A stretch of 64,000 nucleotides of DNA. Source: Malacoraja senta (taxonomy: Eukaryota). A program made the translations under genes and the position numbers. Where the stretch lies: the NCBI GenBank assembly GCA_038087875.1, contig CM075997.1:744001-808000 (forward strand), given 5' to 3'. Each line of letters opens with the position of its first letter. Within the stretch, counting starts at the first letter, position 1. Positions 13,373-25,501 of the stretch are shown one piece after another. The notes beneath the pieces were generated by a model. That model was not told where the DNA came from. It did no database searches and saw only the letters and a program-made list of their open reading frames with translations.

Positions 13373-15066
13373 TTGGTTGAGAGACCTACTTTATAATTTG
13401 CCCTGGAGGGGATAATTAATAACCAGGCAGCAGTGATTTCTTTTGAAGGGTTTGGAGCAGGTTCTAGTGCGGGGCAAGACCAGGAAGAGCGGCGCCTTGC
13501 CTGGGAATTCTTTGACAGCTCAGCGACCTCACCCCCAGCTTCTTAGATTTGCTCAGACAAATGAGGCCTCCCATGTAATCTAATCAGGTACGACACGCCC
13601 AGCTAGTATTGAGAAGAAAAGGAGGCCATTTCACACGATGCCTGCAGGTCAAGAGGTTCGTGGGTTCAAGTCCCTCTTCCCCTCGACTCTGTGCAAAACT
13701 TAGAAAGATAGAAAGTAAGTGCAGGAGTAGGCCATTCGTCCTTCAAGCTAGCACCGACATTCAATATGATCATCCAGAATCAGTACCCCGTTCCTGCTTC
13801 TCCCCATATCCCTTCATTCCATGAGCCCTAAAAGCTACTGTAGGTCTAATTCTCTCTTGAAAGCATCCACTGAATTGGTCTCCACTGCCTTCTGTGGCAG
13901 AGAATTCCACAGTCTCAGCAGGTGCGGTGGTAATGGCGAACTGTCATAACTATTGCAGCCGTCGTCCCATCAGATATTTACCCAAGCAATAACGTTTAGT
14001 GCAAGGTAAAGCCAGCAAAGACCGATCAAGGATAGTCCGAGTGTCAACAAAGAGGTAGATAGTAGTCTAGTTAAGTTTAGATACCATGGTCAGTCTGTGG
14101 AATTCTTTGCCTCGGAGGGCGGTGGAGGCAGGTTCTCTGGATGCTTTCAAGAGAGAGCTGGATAGGGCTCTTAAAAATAGCGGTCAGGGGATATGGGAGA
14201 AGGCAGGAACGGGGTACTGATTGGGGATGATCAGCCATGATCACATTGAATGGCGGTGCTGGCTCAAAGGGCCAAATGGCCTACTCCTGCGCCTATTGTC
14301 TATTGTCTATAGATATACGGCATTGAAACAGGCCCTTCAGCCCACCAAATCCATGCCGGCCATTGATCACCCATTCACACAAGAGTGCCTCTCATAATTG
14401 TAAGTACTTAAAGAACATCAGCTTCTGACGCTCCATAGAAAACAATCCAAACTGGGAACAAAAGATCATGTTTTGCGGAGGCAGCTATTTTTATACGTGA
14501 CGTTGGTATCAAAGTTTCTTTGATCATCCGCCCCAGAGAAGCTTTGTGATGTTTCAAAGCGTTACTTGATACTCGATAAGGTGCCACATCAAAGGTGGGT
14601 GTGGAAGGTAAACGCGCAGGATGTATTGAGGAGACACGTTGGCACGGGGGGAGAGTCGATGACGAACAGGAAATAGGCCATAAAAATGGAGGCAAAACTG
14701 ATGGAGAAAGCTCGAAGAGAAGTGGAGGACAGGACTAATGTGGTAGGAGGTGCAGATCACCCCCTTCATGACACACTGGTCAACCTGAGGAGTACTTCCA
14801 AGATGCCTTACCCAGATGCAGCACAGAACGCCACAGGAGATCCTTCTTCCCTGTGCTATCAAACTCTACAACTCCTCCCCCTTCTGTCGTGGGTAGACTG
14901 AGACTGACCCCCTCCTCCCCCCTCCCCAATCATTGCACATCCCCCAACCCTTTCCACTCATCACTTTAATTTCATGTTTCATGCATTTTGCGTTTCATGG
15001 CAGATCAATTTCCCTCCTGGGATAAATAAAGTTCTATCCTATCTTTCGTATTGTATCGTATCGTAA

Positions 15067-15422
15067 ATGCTGGTTTAAACCGAAGATAGACACAAAATGC
15101 TGGAGTAACTCAAACGGGACAGGCAGCATCTCCGGAGAGAAGGAATGGGTGACGTTTCAGGTCGAGACTCTTCTTCAGACTGAGTCTCAGGGGAGAGAGA
15201 GACACACAGATAGAGAAGGGTAAGGTGTGAAAATTAGACAAAGGAGGTGGAGATCAAGGAAAATGGAGAATAGATCATTGTTAGCTCAGGCAAGTGGACA
15301 ATGAGGTATACAAAGATAACATTTAATCAGGAGGACAGTCAGACCAGTCCGAGAACAAGGAAGGGGGAGGGATGGAGAGAGAGGGAAAGCAAAGGTTACT
15401 TGAAGTTAGAGAAGCCAATATT
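15067..15422 (-). mobile_element. Penelope-like element 3' fragment: ORF end, 3' UTR, degenerate hammerhead motif and tail
   Basis: Minus strand reads N-I-G-F-S-N-F-K-stop (15422-15396), ~210 nt UTR, CTGAAGAA...GAAACGTC (~15180-15151), then the shared tail; same UTR on the plus strand at ~11720-11955. Confidence 0.65.
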
Positions 15423-16621
15423 AGATGGGAGCAGAGAGAAGAAGGAATGACCGGGGTGGAACAAGTCGTAACAATAAGGATCAGTTGTGGGGCATCCACA
15501 TTTGACCAGACAAATATATAAACAAAGATAAATGCTTCTTCACGGGTCACGACCAGCTATCCATACATCAGCTATCCACCTTCTCCTGAGCTGTCGGAAG
15601 GAACTGCAGGTGCTGGTTTACACTGAAGATAGACACAAAATGCTGGAGTAACTCAGCGGTACAGGCAGCATCTCTGGAGAGAAGGAATGGGTGACGTTTC
15701 GGGTCCAGACCCTTCTTCATTCCTTCTCTCCAGAGACGCTGCCTGTCCCGCTGAGTTACTCCAGCATTCTGTGTCTATCTTCAGTTTCAAACCAGCATCT
15801 GCAGTTCCTTCCCACACACATATATAAAAACGACTTGGATCCAGGCTTTGAAGGTGAGACAAGTTGCTGAGTTGACAGATGACGCAAAGATTGGTTGGAA
15901 GGGGACAGAAGGAAGATGTAGAGGGCTAAGTAGGGGTTAAATGAGTCTGGCTTAAGTCCTCCCTCCACCACCTCCAGTTTAAATTCCATTTGGAATATTT
16001 TGGAGGACCAAGAAACCAACAACCAAGAACCAAGAACGTTCTGGCAGCTAGAGTATGATGTGGTAAAATATGAAATTGTTCGCTTATGCAAGTAATACTA
16101 AAGGGAAACATATTGAAATTGTGAGAGATTTCAGAACAATAAGATGCAGAAGGAACTGCGTGTACTAGTACACAATTTGCCAGAGGCTAGTACAGCGAGT
16201 AATTAGGAAAACCAACAGAATATTTTAAATTTAGTTTAGTTTAGAGAAACAGCATGGAAAGTGGCCCCGAGTGCACGCCGACCTGCGATCTCCCCGTTCA
16301 CATTAGTTCTATGTTACCCCACTTTCTCATCCACTCCCATACACACGAGGGCCAATTAGCCTACAAACCCGCATGTCTTTGGGATGTGGGATGTCACAGG
16401 GAGAATGTGCAAACTCCACACAGGCAGCACCTTTTAGTTGGGTTTAGTTTAGTTTAGTTTATTGTCATGTGGTACAGAGGTACAGTGAAGAGCTTTTGTT
16501 GCGTGCTAACCAGTCAGTGGAAAGACAACACATGATCAACAGCGAGAACATACAAACTCCGTGCAGCCAGAACCCGCGACAGAACCGGCACACCTGAGAT
16601 CAGGTTCTACCTGCTGTCCCT

Positions 16622-17230
16622 CTTGCTATTGAGGGAGTGCAGCGTAGGTTCACCAGGTTAATTCCTGGGATGGCGGGACTGACATATGATGAAAGAATGG
16701 GTCGACTGGGCTTGTATTTCACTGGAATTTAGAAGGATGAGAGGAGATCTTATAGAAACACATTAAATTCTTAAGAGATTGGACAGGCTAGATGCAGGTA
16801 AAATGTTCCCGATGTTGGGGGGTCTAGAACCAGGGGTCACAGTTTAAGAATAAGTGGGAGGCCATTTAGGACTGAGATGAGGAAAAACGTTTTCACCAGA
16901 GAGTTGCGAGTCTGTGGAATTCTCTGCCATAGGAAGGCAGTGGAGGCCAATTCACTGAGTTTTCAAGAGAGAGTGGGATTTAGATCTTAGGGCTAATGGA
17001 GATAAGGGATATGGGGAGAAAGCAGGAACGGGAATATTGATTTTGGAGGATCAGCCATGATCATATTGAAGGTACACAAAAATGCTGGAGAAACTCAGCG
17101 GGTGCAGCAGCATCTATGGAGCGAAGGAAATAGGTAACGTTTCGGGCCGAAACCCTTCTTCATATTGAATGCTGGTACTAGCTCGAAGGGCCAAATGCCT
17201 ACCCCTGCACCTATTTTCTATGTTTCTATG
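16622..17230 (+). mobile_element. Degenerate CR1 3' fragment with a nested Penelope-like arm (~17068-17161)
   Basis: CR1 nucleotide similarity with indels; catattgaa appears on both sides of the nested arm. Confidence 0.8.
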
Positions 17231-18147
17231 TTTATAGATACAGCATGGAAACAGGCCCTTTGGCCCATCGAATCTGTGCCGACCATTGATCACCCGTTCA
17301 CACTAGTTTTGTTTTATCCACTTTCTCATCCACTCCTTACACACCAGAGGCAATTTACAGAGGGCCAATTAACCCACAAACAAAAATTTCTTTTTTGGTG
17401 GGAGGGAATTGAATGGAAAGTACCAAATTTATGCTTCAGTTATTTCGGGCATTGGTGAGACTACATCCACGTTCTCTGTTCAGTAACAGTCTGTTTATCA
17501 AACAAAGAACATAAATGTGTTGGAAACAGTCCAGAGAATGTTTACCAGACTAATACCTGGAACGACCAGCTTTGTCTTTTGAGGAAAAGCCAGACAGGTT
17601 GGACCAGTATACGGTGGAATTTGGAAAAAATGACGGCGTACTCAATTGTAACCCGAGGAGCCTTAATTAGATGAGTGAGAGAGGATTGTTCACTGCACCG
17701 AGGATCTAGAACCAGGGGTGTAGGAAGGAACTGCAGGTGCTAGTTTACACTGAAGATAGACACAAAATGCTGGAGTAACTCAGCGGGACAGGCAGCATCT
17801 CTGGAGAGAAGGAATTCCTTCTATCATTCCCATTATTCCTTCTATTATATCCCGTTCCTTCTCTCCAGAGATGCTGCCTGCCCCGCCGAGTTACTCCAGT
17901 ATTTGTGTTTATCTTCGGTCTAGAACCAGGGGTCATTGTTTCAAAATGGTACATATAAATGACTTGGACGTACACGTAGACGGGTTGGTTAGTAAGTTTG
18001 CCGATGACACCAGGATCAATGGCATTGCAGACTGTGAGGAAGGGCCGTTCAGGTACACAACTGGATATAGATTGACTACGGAAATGGGCAGAAGAATGGC
18101 AGATGGAGTTTAATCCGAGCAAGTGCGAGGTGAGGCATTTTTAATAA

Positions 18148-18384
18148 AGGGCCTGTCCCACTTTCACGACCTAATTCACGACCTTTTTTGCTCGTGGACA
18201 TTTTTCATCGTGTTGAAAAAACGCCCCGACCTATTTGATGCACGAGTACCTACGACTAGCATCACGACCTGCCTACGACCTACCTACGACCTCCTACGAC
18301 CTCGTGACGACCATGCTGCGAGTATGAGTCAAGGGCAACCTCAGCAGAGGTCGTGAATTAGGTCGTGAAAGTGGGACAGGCCCT
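18148..18384. mobile_element. PIF/Harbinger-type MITE (237 bp)
   Basis: Long perfect TIR AGGGCCTGTCCCACTTTCACGACCTAATTCACGACCT with TAA duplications at 18145-18147 and 18385-18387. Confidence 0.88.
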
Positions 18385-18847
18385 TAAGAATAAGACAAAA
18401 ACATTGCTCCCATGTTTCCTATGTAGTTTGGAATGTGTAGAAAGTAACTGCAGATGGTGGTTTTAGCAAAGATAGGCACAAAGTGCTGGAGTAACTCAGT
18501 GGGTCAGGCAGCATCTCTGGAGAAAATGGATGGGTGACGTTTCGGGTCGGGGCCCTTTCCCTGAAACAACGCCCATGGTTTTCTCCAGAGATGCTGCCTC
18601 ACCCGCTGAGTTACTCCAGCACTTTGTGTCTATCTATGTAGTTTGGAGCTTATTCGGTGGTTGTGGTGTTTAATAGCCCGAAGAAGCTCCTCCTGAACTG
18701 GACGTTTCAGTTTACAGGCTCCTGTACCTTCTTCCCAAAGACAAGTTAAATGAACGCATGGCCAGGATGGTGTGGGTCTCTGATGATGCTGGCTGCCGTT
18801 TGAGGCAGCGACTGCTATAGATCCCTTCTATGGTGGGAAGGTGAGTA

Positions 18848-19290
18848 AACCATATAACCATATAACAATTACAGCACGGAAACAGGCCATCTCGGCCCTT
18901 CTAGTCCATGCCGAACACTTACTCTCACCTAGTCCCATCTACCTGCCACTCAGACCATAACCCTCCATTCCTTTCCCGTCCATATACCTATCCAATTTAT
19001 TTTTAAATGATAAAATCGAACCAGCCTCCACCACTTCTACTGGAAGCTCATTCCACACAGCTACCACTCTCTGAGTAAAGAAGTTCCCCCTCATGTTACC
19101 CCTAAACTTTTGTCCCTTCATTCTCAAATCATGTCCTATTGTTTGAATCTTCCCTGCTCTCAATGGAAAAAGCTTATCCACGTCAACTCTGTCTATCCCT
19201 CTCATAATTTTAAAGACCTCTATCAAGTCCCCCCTTAACCTTCTGCGCTCCAAAGAATAAAGACCTATCTTGTTCAACCTTTCTCTGTGA
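18848..19290 (-). mobile_element. CR1 3' fragment, (ATATGGTT)n-tailed subfamily
   Basis: ORF 18939-19388 includes RRRLRGDLIEVFKI...FFTQRVVAVWNELP; same subfamily at ~7190-7520(-). Confidence 0.88.
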
Positions 19291-21179
19291 TGGACGGGGC
19301 AGTTTTCACCACTCTTTGCAATCTTCTTGATTCCTGGGCGTTTGAGCTGCCCAACCAGGCTGTGATGCAACCCGTCATTGACACTCATTGATGTTTCATT
19401 GAAGTATGGGGCATTGATGGGCTTTCTAGTGGGCCTCTCAGGTGTTGTGTAGTCACAGGCTTATTATGGCATCAGTACTTCCAGTCTCCCTCCTGCTCTC
19501 TACCCTTCCCGAGGCCCCAAAAGGCAAAACAAAAATAATCCTTCCATCTCAATTTTCTGATCTGCTAATCCCGGCAGAGTTTGTGCGTCAGCTAGGAGTG
19601 GTTGCAGGAGGCGAGCGGTGGCTGCTGTTACTGCCGCCACTCCTCCAGCACGGGTCCGGGCCGCAGGAACACCGGGTGCTGTGCAGGCTTGTCGAGTCCA
19701 ACGCTGGGTAATTGCGGGGGGGGGTGGGGGTGGGGGAGGGGGTGCGGCGCTGGGCCGCGTTCCTGCTCCGCCCGCTCCTGGGGGCCGGAGGACTTCACAT
19801 GGAGGAGACTTCACGTCTCTCGTGGCACCTCCTGCCTGCCTGCCTGGCGGATGGCACTAATCCAGACTCAGGACTGCTGCAGGTCCTTTCCCGCCGTTGT
19901 GTAATTACCTGTGTTTAGCTTTACAACTTGTCATTCAGGACGTCTGCTCTGGTTCCTCAGGTAACATGATCTCCCCTGTCGCCCCATCTCCCCTGCCAGC
20001 TCCCCCACCCTCCCCTTCCTTCAAAGCCACCACCCCCTAGTTCATGCAACTCTGCTGCTGCCTCACAATGCCAGAGACCCTGGTTCGATCCTAACCTCGG
20101 GTGCTGTCAGTGTGGAGTTCGCACATTTACCCCGTTGTCTCTGGAACTGGGCGCTACAGTTTTGAATCTTGAAATTTCACTGTACCACTGGTGCATGTGA
20201 CAGTAAATGTCTCTTGAATCTTGCTGAGAACTATATTCTGCACCCTGTATTTTCCCCTTTGCTCTACCTGTTGTACTTGAGTCATAGTCATACAGCGTGG
20301 AAATAGGACCTTCAGCCCCAACTTGCCCAAACCGCCTCATCTACACTAGTCCCACCTGCCTGCGTTTGGTCCATTGGCCCTCTAAACTGTCCTCTCCATT
20401 CCCTGTCTAACTGTTTCTTAAACGTTGCGCGAGTCCCTGCCTTAACTACCTCCACCGGCAGATCGTTCCATACACCCACCACCCGTTGTGTGAAAAGTTA
20501 CCGCTCAGGATCCTGTTAAAATTTTGTTCAAGATTGCACTGTCGGGTGCAAGGCCTCAAGGGGGAGAGTTCCGCTGGACTGGGCGAGAATAGACACAAAC
20601 AGCTGGAGTAAACTCAGCGGACAGGCAGCATCTCTGGATAGGAAGGAATGGGAGACGTTTTGTGTAGGGTCTGAAGAAGGGTCTCAACCAGAAAAGTCAC
20701 CCATACCTTCTCTCCAGAGATGCTGCCTGACCCGCTGAGTTACTCCAGCTTTTTGTGTCTGAATGAATGAATGAAAAATTTATTGGCCAAGTATGTACAC
20801 ATACAAGGAATTTGCCTTGGTGCTCTGCTCACAAGTAACAACATGGCATACAGTGAACAATTAAGATAAAACATTAAGACTAAAACATTATATGTCTACC
20901 TTTGATAGTAAGATCTTTACTGAACTGTATGCGAAAGAAGAATTTCACTCTACCTTAGCAATAATAAACGTCGAGAGGCTTTGTCGAGGAGAAGATGATG
21001 GCGAAGGGTTCACGAGACGAAAGGTTTCCCTCTCCATGTTCTCCACAGATGCTGCTGACCCGCTGAGTTACTCCAGAACTCTGTGTTTCAGCCACGATTC
21101 CAGCATCCTTCACGATTCGAAGTCAGCCTCAATGGGGTGAGGAGGGAGAGATTCGGAGCGGCCGTGATTGAAACTCGAT

Positions 21180-21790
21180 CAAAGATCCTATAGCGGAGCA
21201 AGATAGACCACTCCTTCTAAATGCAATGGGCTGACGTGTAGTATGCAACGGAGCGGAACGTGGGCCTTTATTTCATCCATTTCAGTAACCCGACCCGACC
21301 CGACCCGACTCGCAGTGTAATCAACGTTGCGGGGGAACAGTTTGTGTTAATAAATTAAAATTCTGAAAACGAGGAGAGGATTTTTACCAAATAACTTTGT
21401 TTTTTACCAGGATGTTTCCGTAACCGGCTTCCGTCTCCGCACTAGTTATCTTTGCTCCGCTACGGGATCTTTGGTGCGGAGACGGAAGCCGGTTACGGAA
21501 ATGGGGCCGAAAATTACCCATGAACCTGCCCATGACCGTACTACGTCTTTTTCGTCGAGTGGGCTTCTTGCTCGCTATCTGAACTCGGAGTCCCGCCGAT
21601 AGATTCCTCCGGTCCCTCCGTCCCCATTGTTAATTATTCTGTATTTTTGATTATTCTGTATCCTCTTTTTAAAAAAATTTCTATATTGCACTACTACTAC
21701 GGACTGACGCAAAACTGCATTTCGTTGTACCCATACTCAGTATTTGTGCAATGACATTAAAGCTGAATTGAATTGAATATAGGGTCTTTG
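21180..21790. mobile_element. hAT-like non-autonomous DNA transposon upstream of the COQ8B promoter
   Basis: Termini CAAAGATCCTATAGCGGAGCAAGA and (interrupted) TCTTGCTCGCTAT...ATAGGGTCTTTG; flanks aactcgat/gactcgat (7/8 match, 8-bp TSD-like). Confidence 0.6.
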
Positions 21791-21849
21791 GACTCGATGG
21801 GCTGAGTGGCCTAATTCTACTCCTATCCCTTATGACCTTAAGACCAGTC

Positions 21850-22218
21850 AGCGGCGGGGAAGGCGGGAACTGATGAGTGAGCGCGGTGATTGGAGGAAGG
21901 AGGCGTCGGTCAAGGGGGGCGGGTGGGCGGGACTGATGATCGAGGGCGCCGATTGGACGCGAGAGACGTCGGTCAGCAGGCAGTGGGCGGTGTCGGTCAG
22001 GGGCGGAAGTGGGGGGGGGGCGGGACTGAGGATAGAACGCGGTGATTGGAGGAGGGAGACGTCGGTCAGTGCTAGAGCGGGATGTGATTGGAGGAGGGAG
22101 ACGTCGGTCAGAGGTAGGCGGGGCTAGTCATTCCATGCGGTGATTGGTGGAAGACGTCCGGGGGGCGGGACAAGGCGAGGCCTGGTGGAGCGAGGCGGTG
22201 GCGGAGCCGGGAGCGCAG
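21850..22218 (+). promoter_or_regulatory. COQ8B: CpG-island promoter and non-coding exon 1 of COQ8B
   Basis: CpG-rich; five ATTGG (reverse CCAAT) boxes in GATTGG at 21888, 21951, 22044, 22086, 22142, several GGGCGG GC-boxes, candidate donor CAG|GTAGCG after 22218, 1.3 kb upstream of the ATG exon. Confidence 0.7.
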
Positions 22219-22386
22219 GTAGCGGCGGCCCCCGGGGGAGGGCAGCGGGAGAGCGGGCACCGGGCTGGGAAAGGTCGGGGCGCGGCTGCAGGGCCGGGGC
22301 CTTGTCGGTGTCAATAAGCGTTTCTAAAGCAAGTGGAGGGAATGTGTGTGTGTGTCCTGGTGGGGGAAGGGAGGAGGAAGGAGTCT

Positions 22387-23190
22387 CTGTGAGTGTGAGC
22401 AGTGAGGGGGGCCCTGTGAGTGTGAGCAGTGAGGGGGGCCCTGTGAGTGTGAACAGTGAGGGGGGGCTGTGAGTGTGAGCAGTGAGGGGGGCCCTGTGAG
22501 TGTGAGCAGTGAGGGGGGCCCCGTGAGTGTGAACAGTGAGGGGGTCCCTGTGAGTGTGAGCAGTGAGGGGGTCCCTGTGAGTGTGAGCAGTGAGAGGGGC
22601 CCTGTGAGTGAGCAAAGGTAGATGGGGGGGTCCCAGTGAGTGTGAATGGGGAAGACGTGAGGAGAAGAGATGATCACTATATGTGAGCAAGGACTAGTGG
22701 TGAACATCGTTGTGAGTGTGAGCACTGTGGCTCACAGCCCCCCTGAGTGTGAATACTGTTGTTCACCAGTTCCCGTGAGTGTGAGCACCGTTTACTGGCC
22801 CCTGTCAGTGTGAGCACTTGTTCACCAGTCCGCGTGAGTGTGAGCACTTGTTCACCAGTCCCTGTGAGTGCGAGCACTGTTGTTTCACCAATCCCTATGA
22901 GTGTGAGCATTGTTGTTCACGTCCCCCATGAGTGTGAGCACCGCTGTTCATAACTCCCTGTGAGTGTGAGCACTTGTTCACCAGTCCCTGTGAGTGTGCG
23001 CATTGTTGTTCACGACGCCCCCATGAGTGTGAACACTGCCGTTCACGACGATCCCTGTGAGTGTGAGCACAGTGGATCACTGGTCCCTGTGAGTGTGAAC
23101 ACTGTTGATCACAGGTCCCTGAGAGTGTGAGCACAGTTGTTCACCACTCCCCATGAGTGTGAACACTGCGGAACACTAGTCCCCTTGAGT
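22387..23190. repeat. Minisatellite in COQ8B intron 1
   Basis: 27-bp unit CTGTGAGTGTGAGCAGTGAGGGGGGCC (starts 22387, 22414, 22441...), then ~30-33-bp units CCTGTGAGTGTGAGCAC(TGT)TGTTCACCAGTC from ~22710. Confidence 0.9.
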
Positions 23191-23497
23191 GTGCGGGCGG
23201 AGTTAGCTCAGAATGACATGACAGCCTCGTTGGGCTGAACGGCCTCCAGTTCTGATCAAGCACCAGGCTCGGCATGCAGCTTAGCCCGTTCCTGGTTTCC
23301 CTTCAACACCCGGTACTCACACACTTCCACATCTACCAGAGGAGGCCGTTGAGGCAGGTACATGGATGGATGGGAAAAGTTTGGAGGGACGTGGGCCAAA
23401 TGCAGGCCAGTGGGATGGGGTATCATGGACGGGTTGGGCCGAAAGGCCTGTATGACTACTTTGATTTTAATCCAGCGCCTGCTGTTTGGCTGCAGCT

Positions 23498-23674
23498 ATG
23501 TGGAGCGAGACTCTCAGTGTTCTGCGGGGTGCTGCACGGGTGGGGAAGGCCTTTGTAGACATCCAGGGGGAACAGCTGCGGTTCGCTGTCTGCAACTCTG
23601 TGCTGGGCGACGGGCTGAAGAGGTGCAGGTCCTCCGCCGAACAATGCATCAGCTCGCTGCTCGTGGCGAGCGAG
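23498..23674 (+). CDS. COQ8B: COQ8B exon 2 (start codon; putative mitochondrial targeting region)
   Basis: MWSETLSVLRGAARVGKAF...LLVASE, 59 codons; upstream acceptor ttaatccAG (23475), donor GAG|GTAACG. Confidence 0.8.
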
Positions 23675-24432
23675 GTAACGGCCAAATTGCTGCCTTGTGT
23701 GGTGTCTCTTTCCCTGTGTCCCACACCCCCGTACCCCGCCCCCCCACCTCGTACCTCCCATCGTCTTCATCCCCCCCCACCCACTCACACTCGCTCACCC
23801 CCTCCACCCTCCCCATCCCCAGCTTCAGCCCCCTTTACCTCACTCTCACTCTCACTCCCACCCACACCCATACCCTCCCATCCACCACCACCCCCTCCAT
23901 ACCCTAATCCCCATCTTCAACACCCACACTCATCCTCACCCTTCCCACCTCCCCATCTCCCCTTCACGGTCACTTCTACCCTCCATCTCCCAACCCCCAC
24001 TTTAACCTCCCCCCATTACCTGGCTCTCACCCCCCTCCCCTACCTTCACCCTCATCCCCCTCCATGTCCCCCAACCCACCTTCACTTTACCTTTAGAACG
24101 GCAGATGCTGGTAAAATGGAAGGTAGACACAAAATGCGGAAGAAACACATCGGGTGAGGCAGCATCTATAGAGAAGGATTGGCGAGGTTTCGGGTCGATT
24201 CCTTCTCTCCATAGATGCTGCCTCACCCTCTGAGTTTCTCCAGCATTTTGTGTCTACTTTCACTCACCTTCAACCCCCGTCCCCACCGTCACCGTCATCC
24301 CCATCCTCACTCCCCTCCCACCTTCACCCACCCTCACCTTCATCTCCTCCAGCTCCTCATCCCTACCTTCCACCGCTAAGCATCCTGGCAGTTTGCCTTC
24401 TCGTCACGTCTTCTCTTGCTCTTCACTTTCAG

Positions 24433-24801
24433 CGAGGAGTCCGTGAGTTCAAAGAGGAGCCGACTCCTTTCCCGGAGGAAGATGATGCTTCGCAGTGGAA
24501 CCTAGCGTCGGAGATGGCTCCCGGAGTATTCTGCCGGAGACACAGCGGGAGGGGCACCCGGGAGAGTCCGTCCGACGGCGGAGGGGCGCAGAGACGGGGC
24601 GCCACCCCGTACCACGCGGGTGGATTCAAGGCCGGCAGCCAGGACTTTGCAGGGCCAGCGGGCCCCCGGGGTCGGGGCAGACCCGGTGCTTCCACGAGGA
24701 GACCTCGGTCAGGGGTCTGACTCCCGAAGACATCGCCAAGGCCAGGGACAACAAACAACACAGAGACAAGTGGAGTCAAAACCAAAGGACCAAGGCAAAT
24801 A
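24433..24801 (+). CDS. COQ8B: COQ8B exon 3 (frame interrupted as assembled)
   Basis: Acceptor ctttcAG at 24432, donor ATA|GTAAGC; contains FHEETSVRGLTPEDIAKAR (cf. COQ8A GGLTAEDIEKAR) in a different frame from the exon ends; the entry/exit frame has TGA at 24718-24720. Confidence 0.7.
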
Positions 24802-25297
24802 GTAAGCCCACTGTGTACAGTACCTGCTAGAACAGGACCTCGTTCGGGTCTTGTCCCACCACTCAACAAGATCGTGCTACACCTGTGGCCGAATTACCAG
24901 TCCACTATCCACATCATCTCGTGTCATTGAATTCAAGCGGTGTTTTGATCCGAAACGTCACCTACTCCTGTTCTCCAGAGATGCAGCCTGACCTGCTGAG
25001 TTACTCCAGCATTTTTGTGTCTTGGTTTAAAACCAGCATCTGCAGTTCATTCCTTCCCATTTAGCTGGTTTACACCAAAGATAGACACAAAATGCTGCGA
25101 GTAGCTCAGCGGGACAGTTGGCGTCTCTGGACAGAAGGAATGGGTCACGACGTTTTGGGTCGAAGTCTGAAGAAGGGCCTCGACCTAAAACGTCACCCAT
25201 CCTTCACTCCAGGGATGCTGCCTGTCCCGCGGAGTTACTCCAGCATTGTGTGTCTATCTTCAGTTTGATAATCCTGAGCAGTTTCAGGGACGGATAA

Positions 25298-25501
<204 letters not shown>

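Noticed and set aside
19442..19918. Overlapping GC-rich ORFs as a small protein-coding gene
   Set aside because: No recognisable homology; open frames are expected at this GC content. Kept only as a regulatory candidate.
22387..23190. Regular repeats resembling a CRISPR array
   Set aside because: Contiguous tandem units without unique spacers, in a eukaryotic intron with no cas genes.
23675..24157. Proline-rich extension of the 223-aa ORF 23486-24157
   Set aside because: Read-through past the exon 2 donor into a C-rich low-complexity intron.
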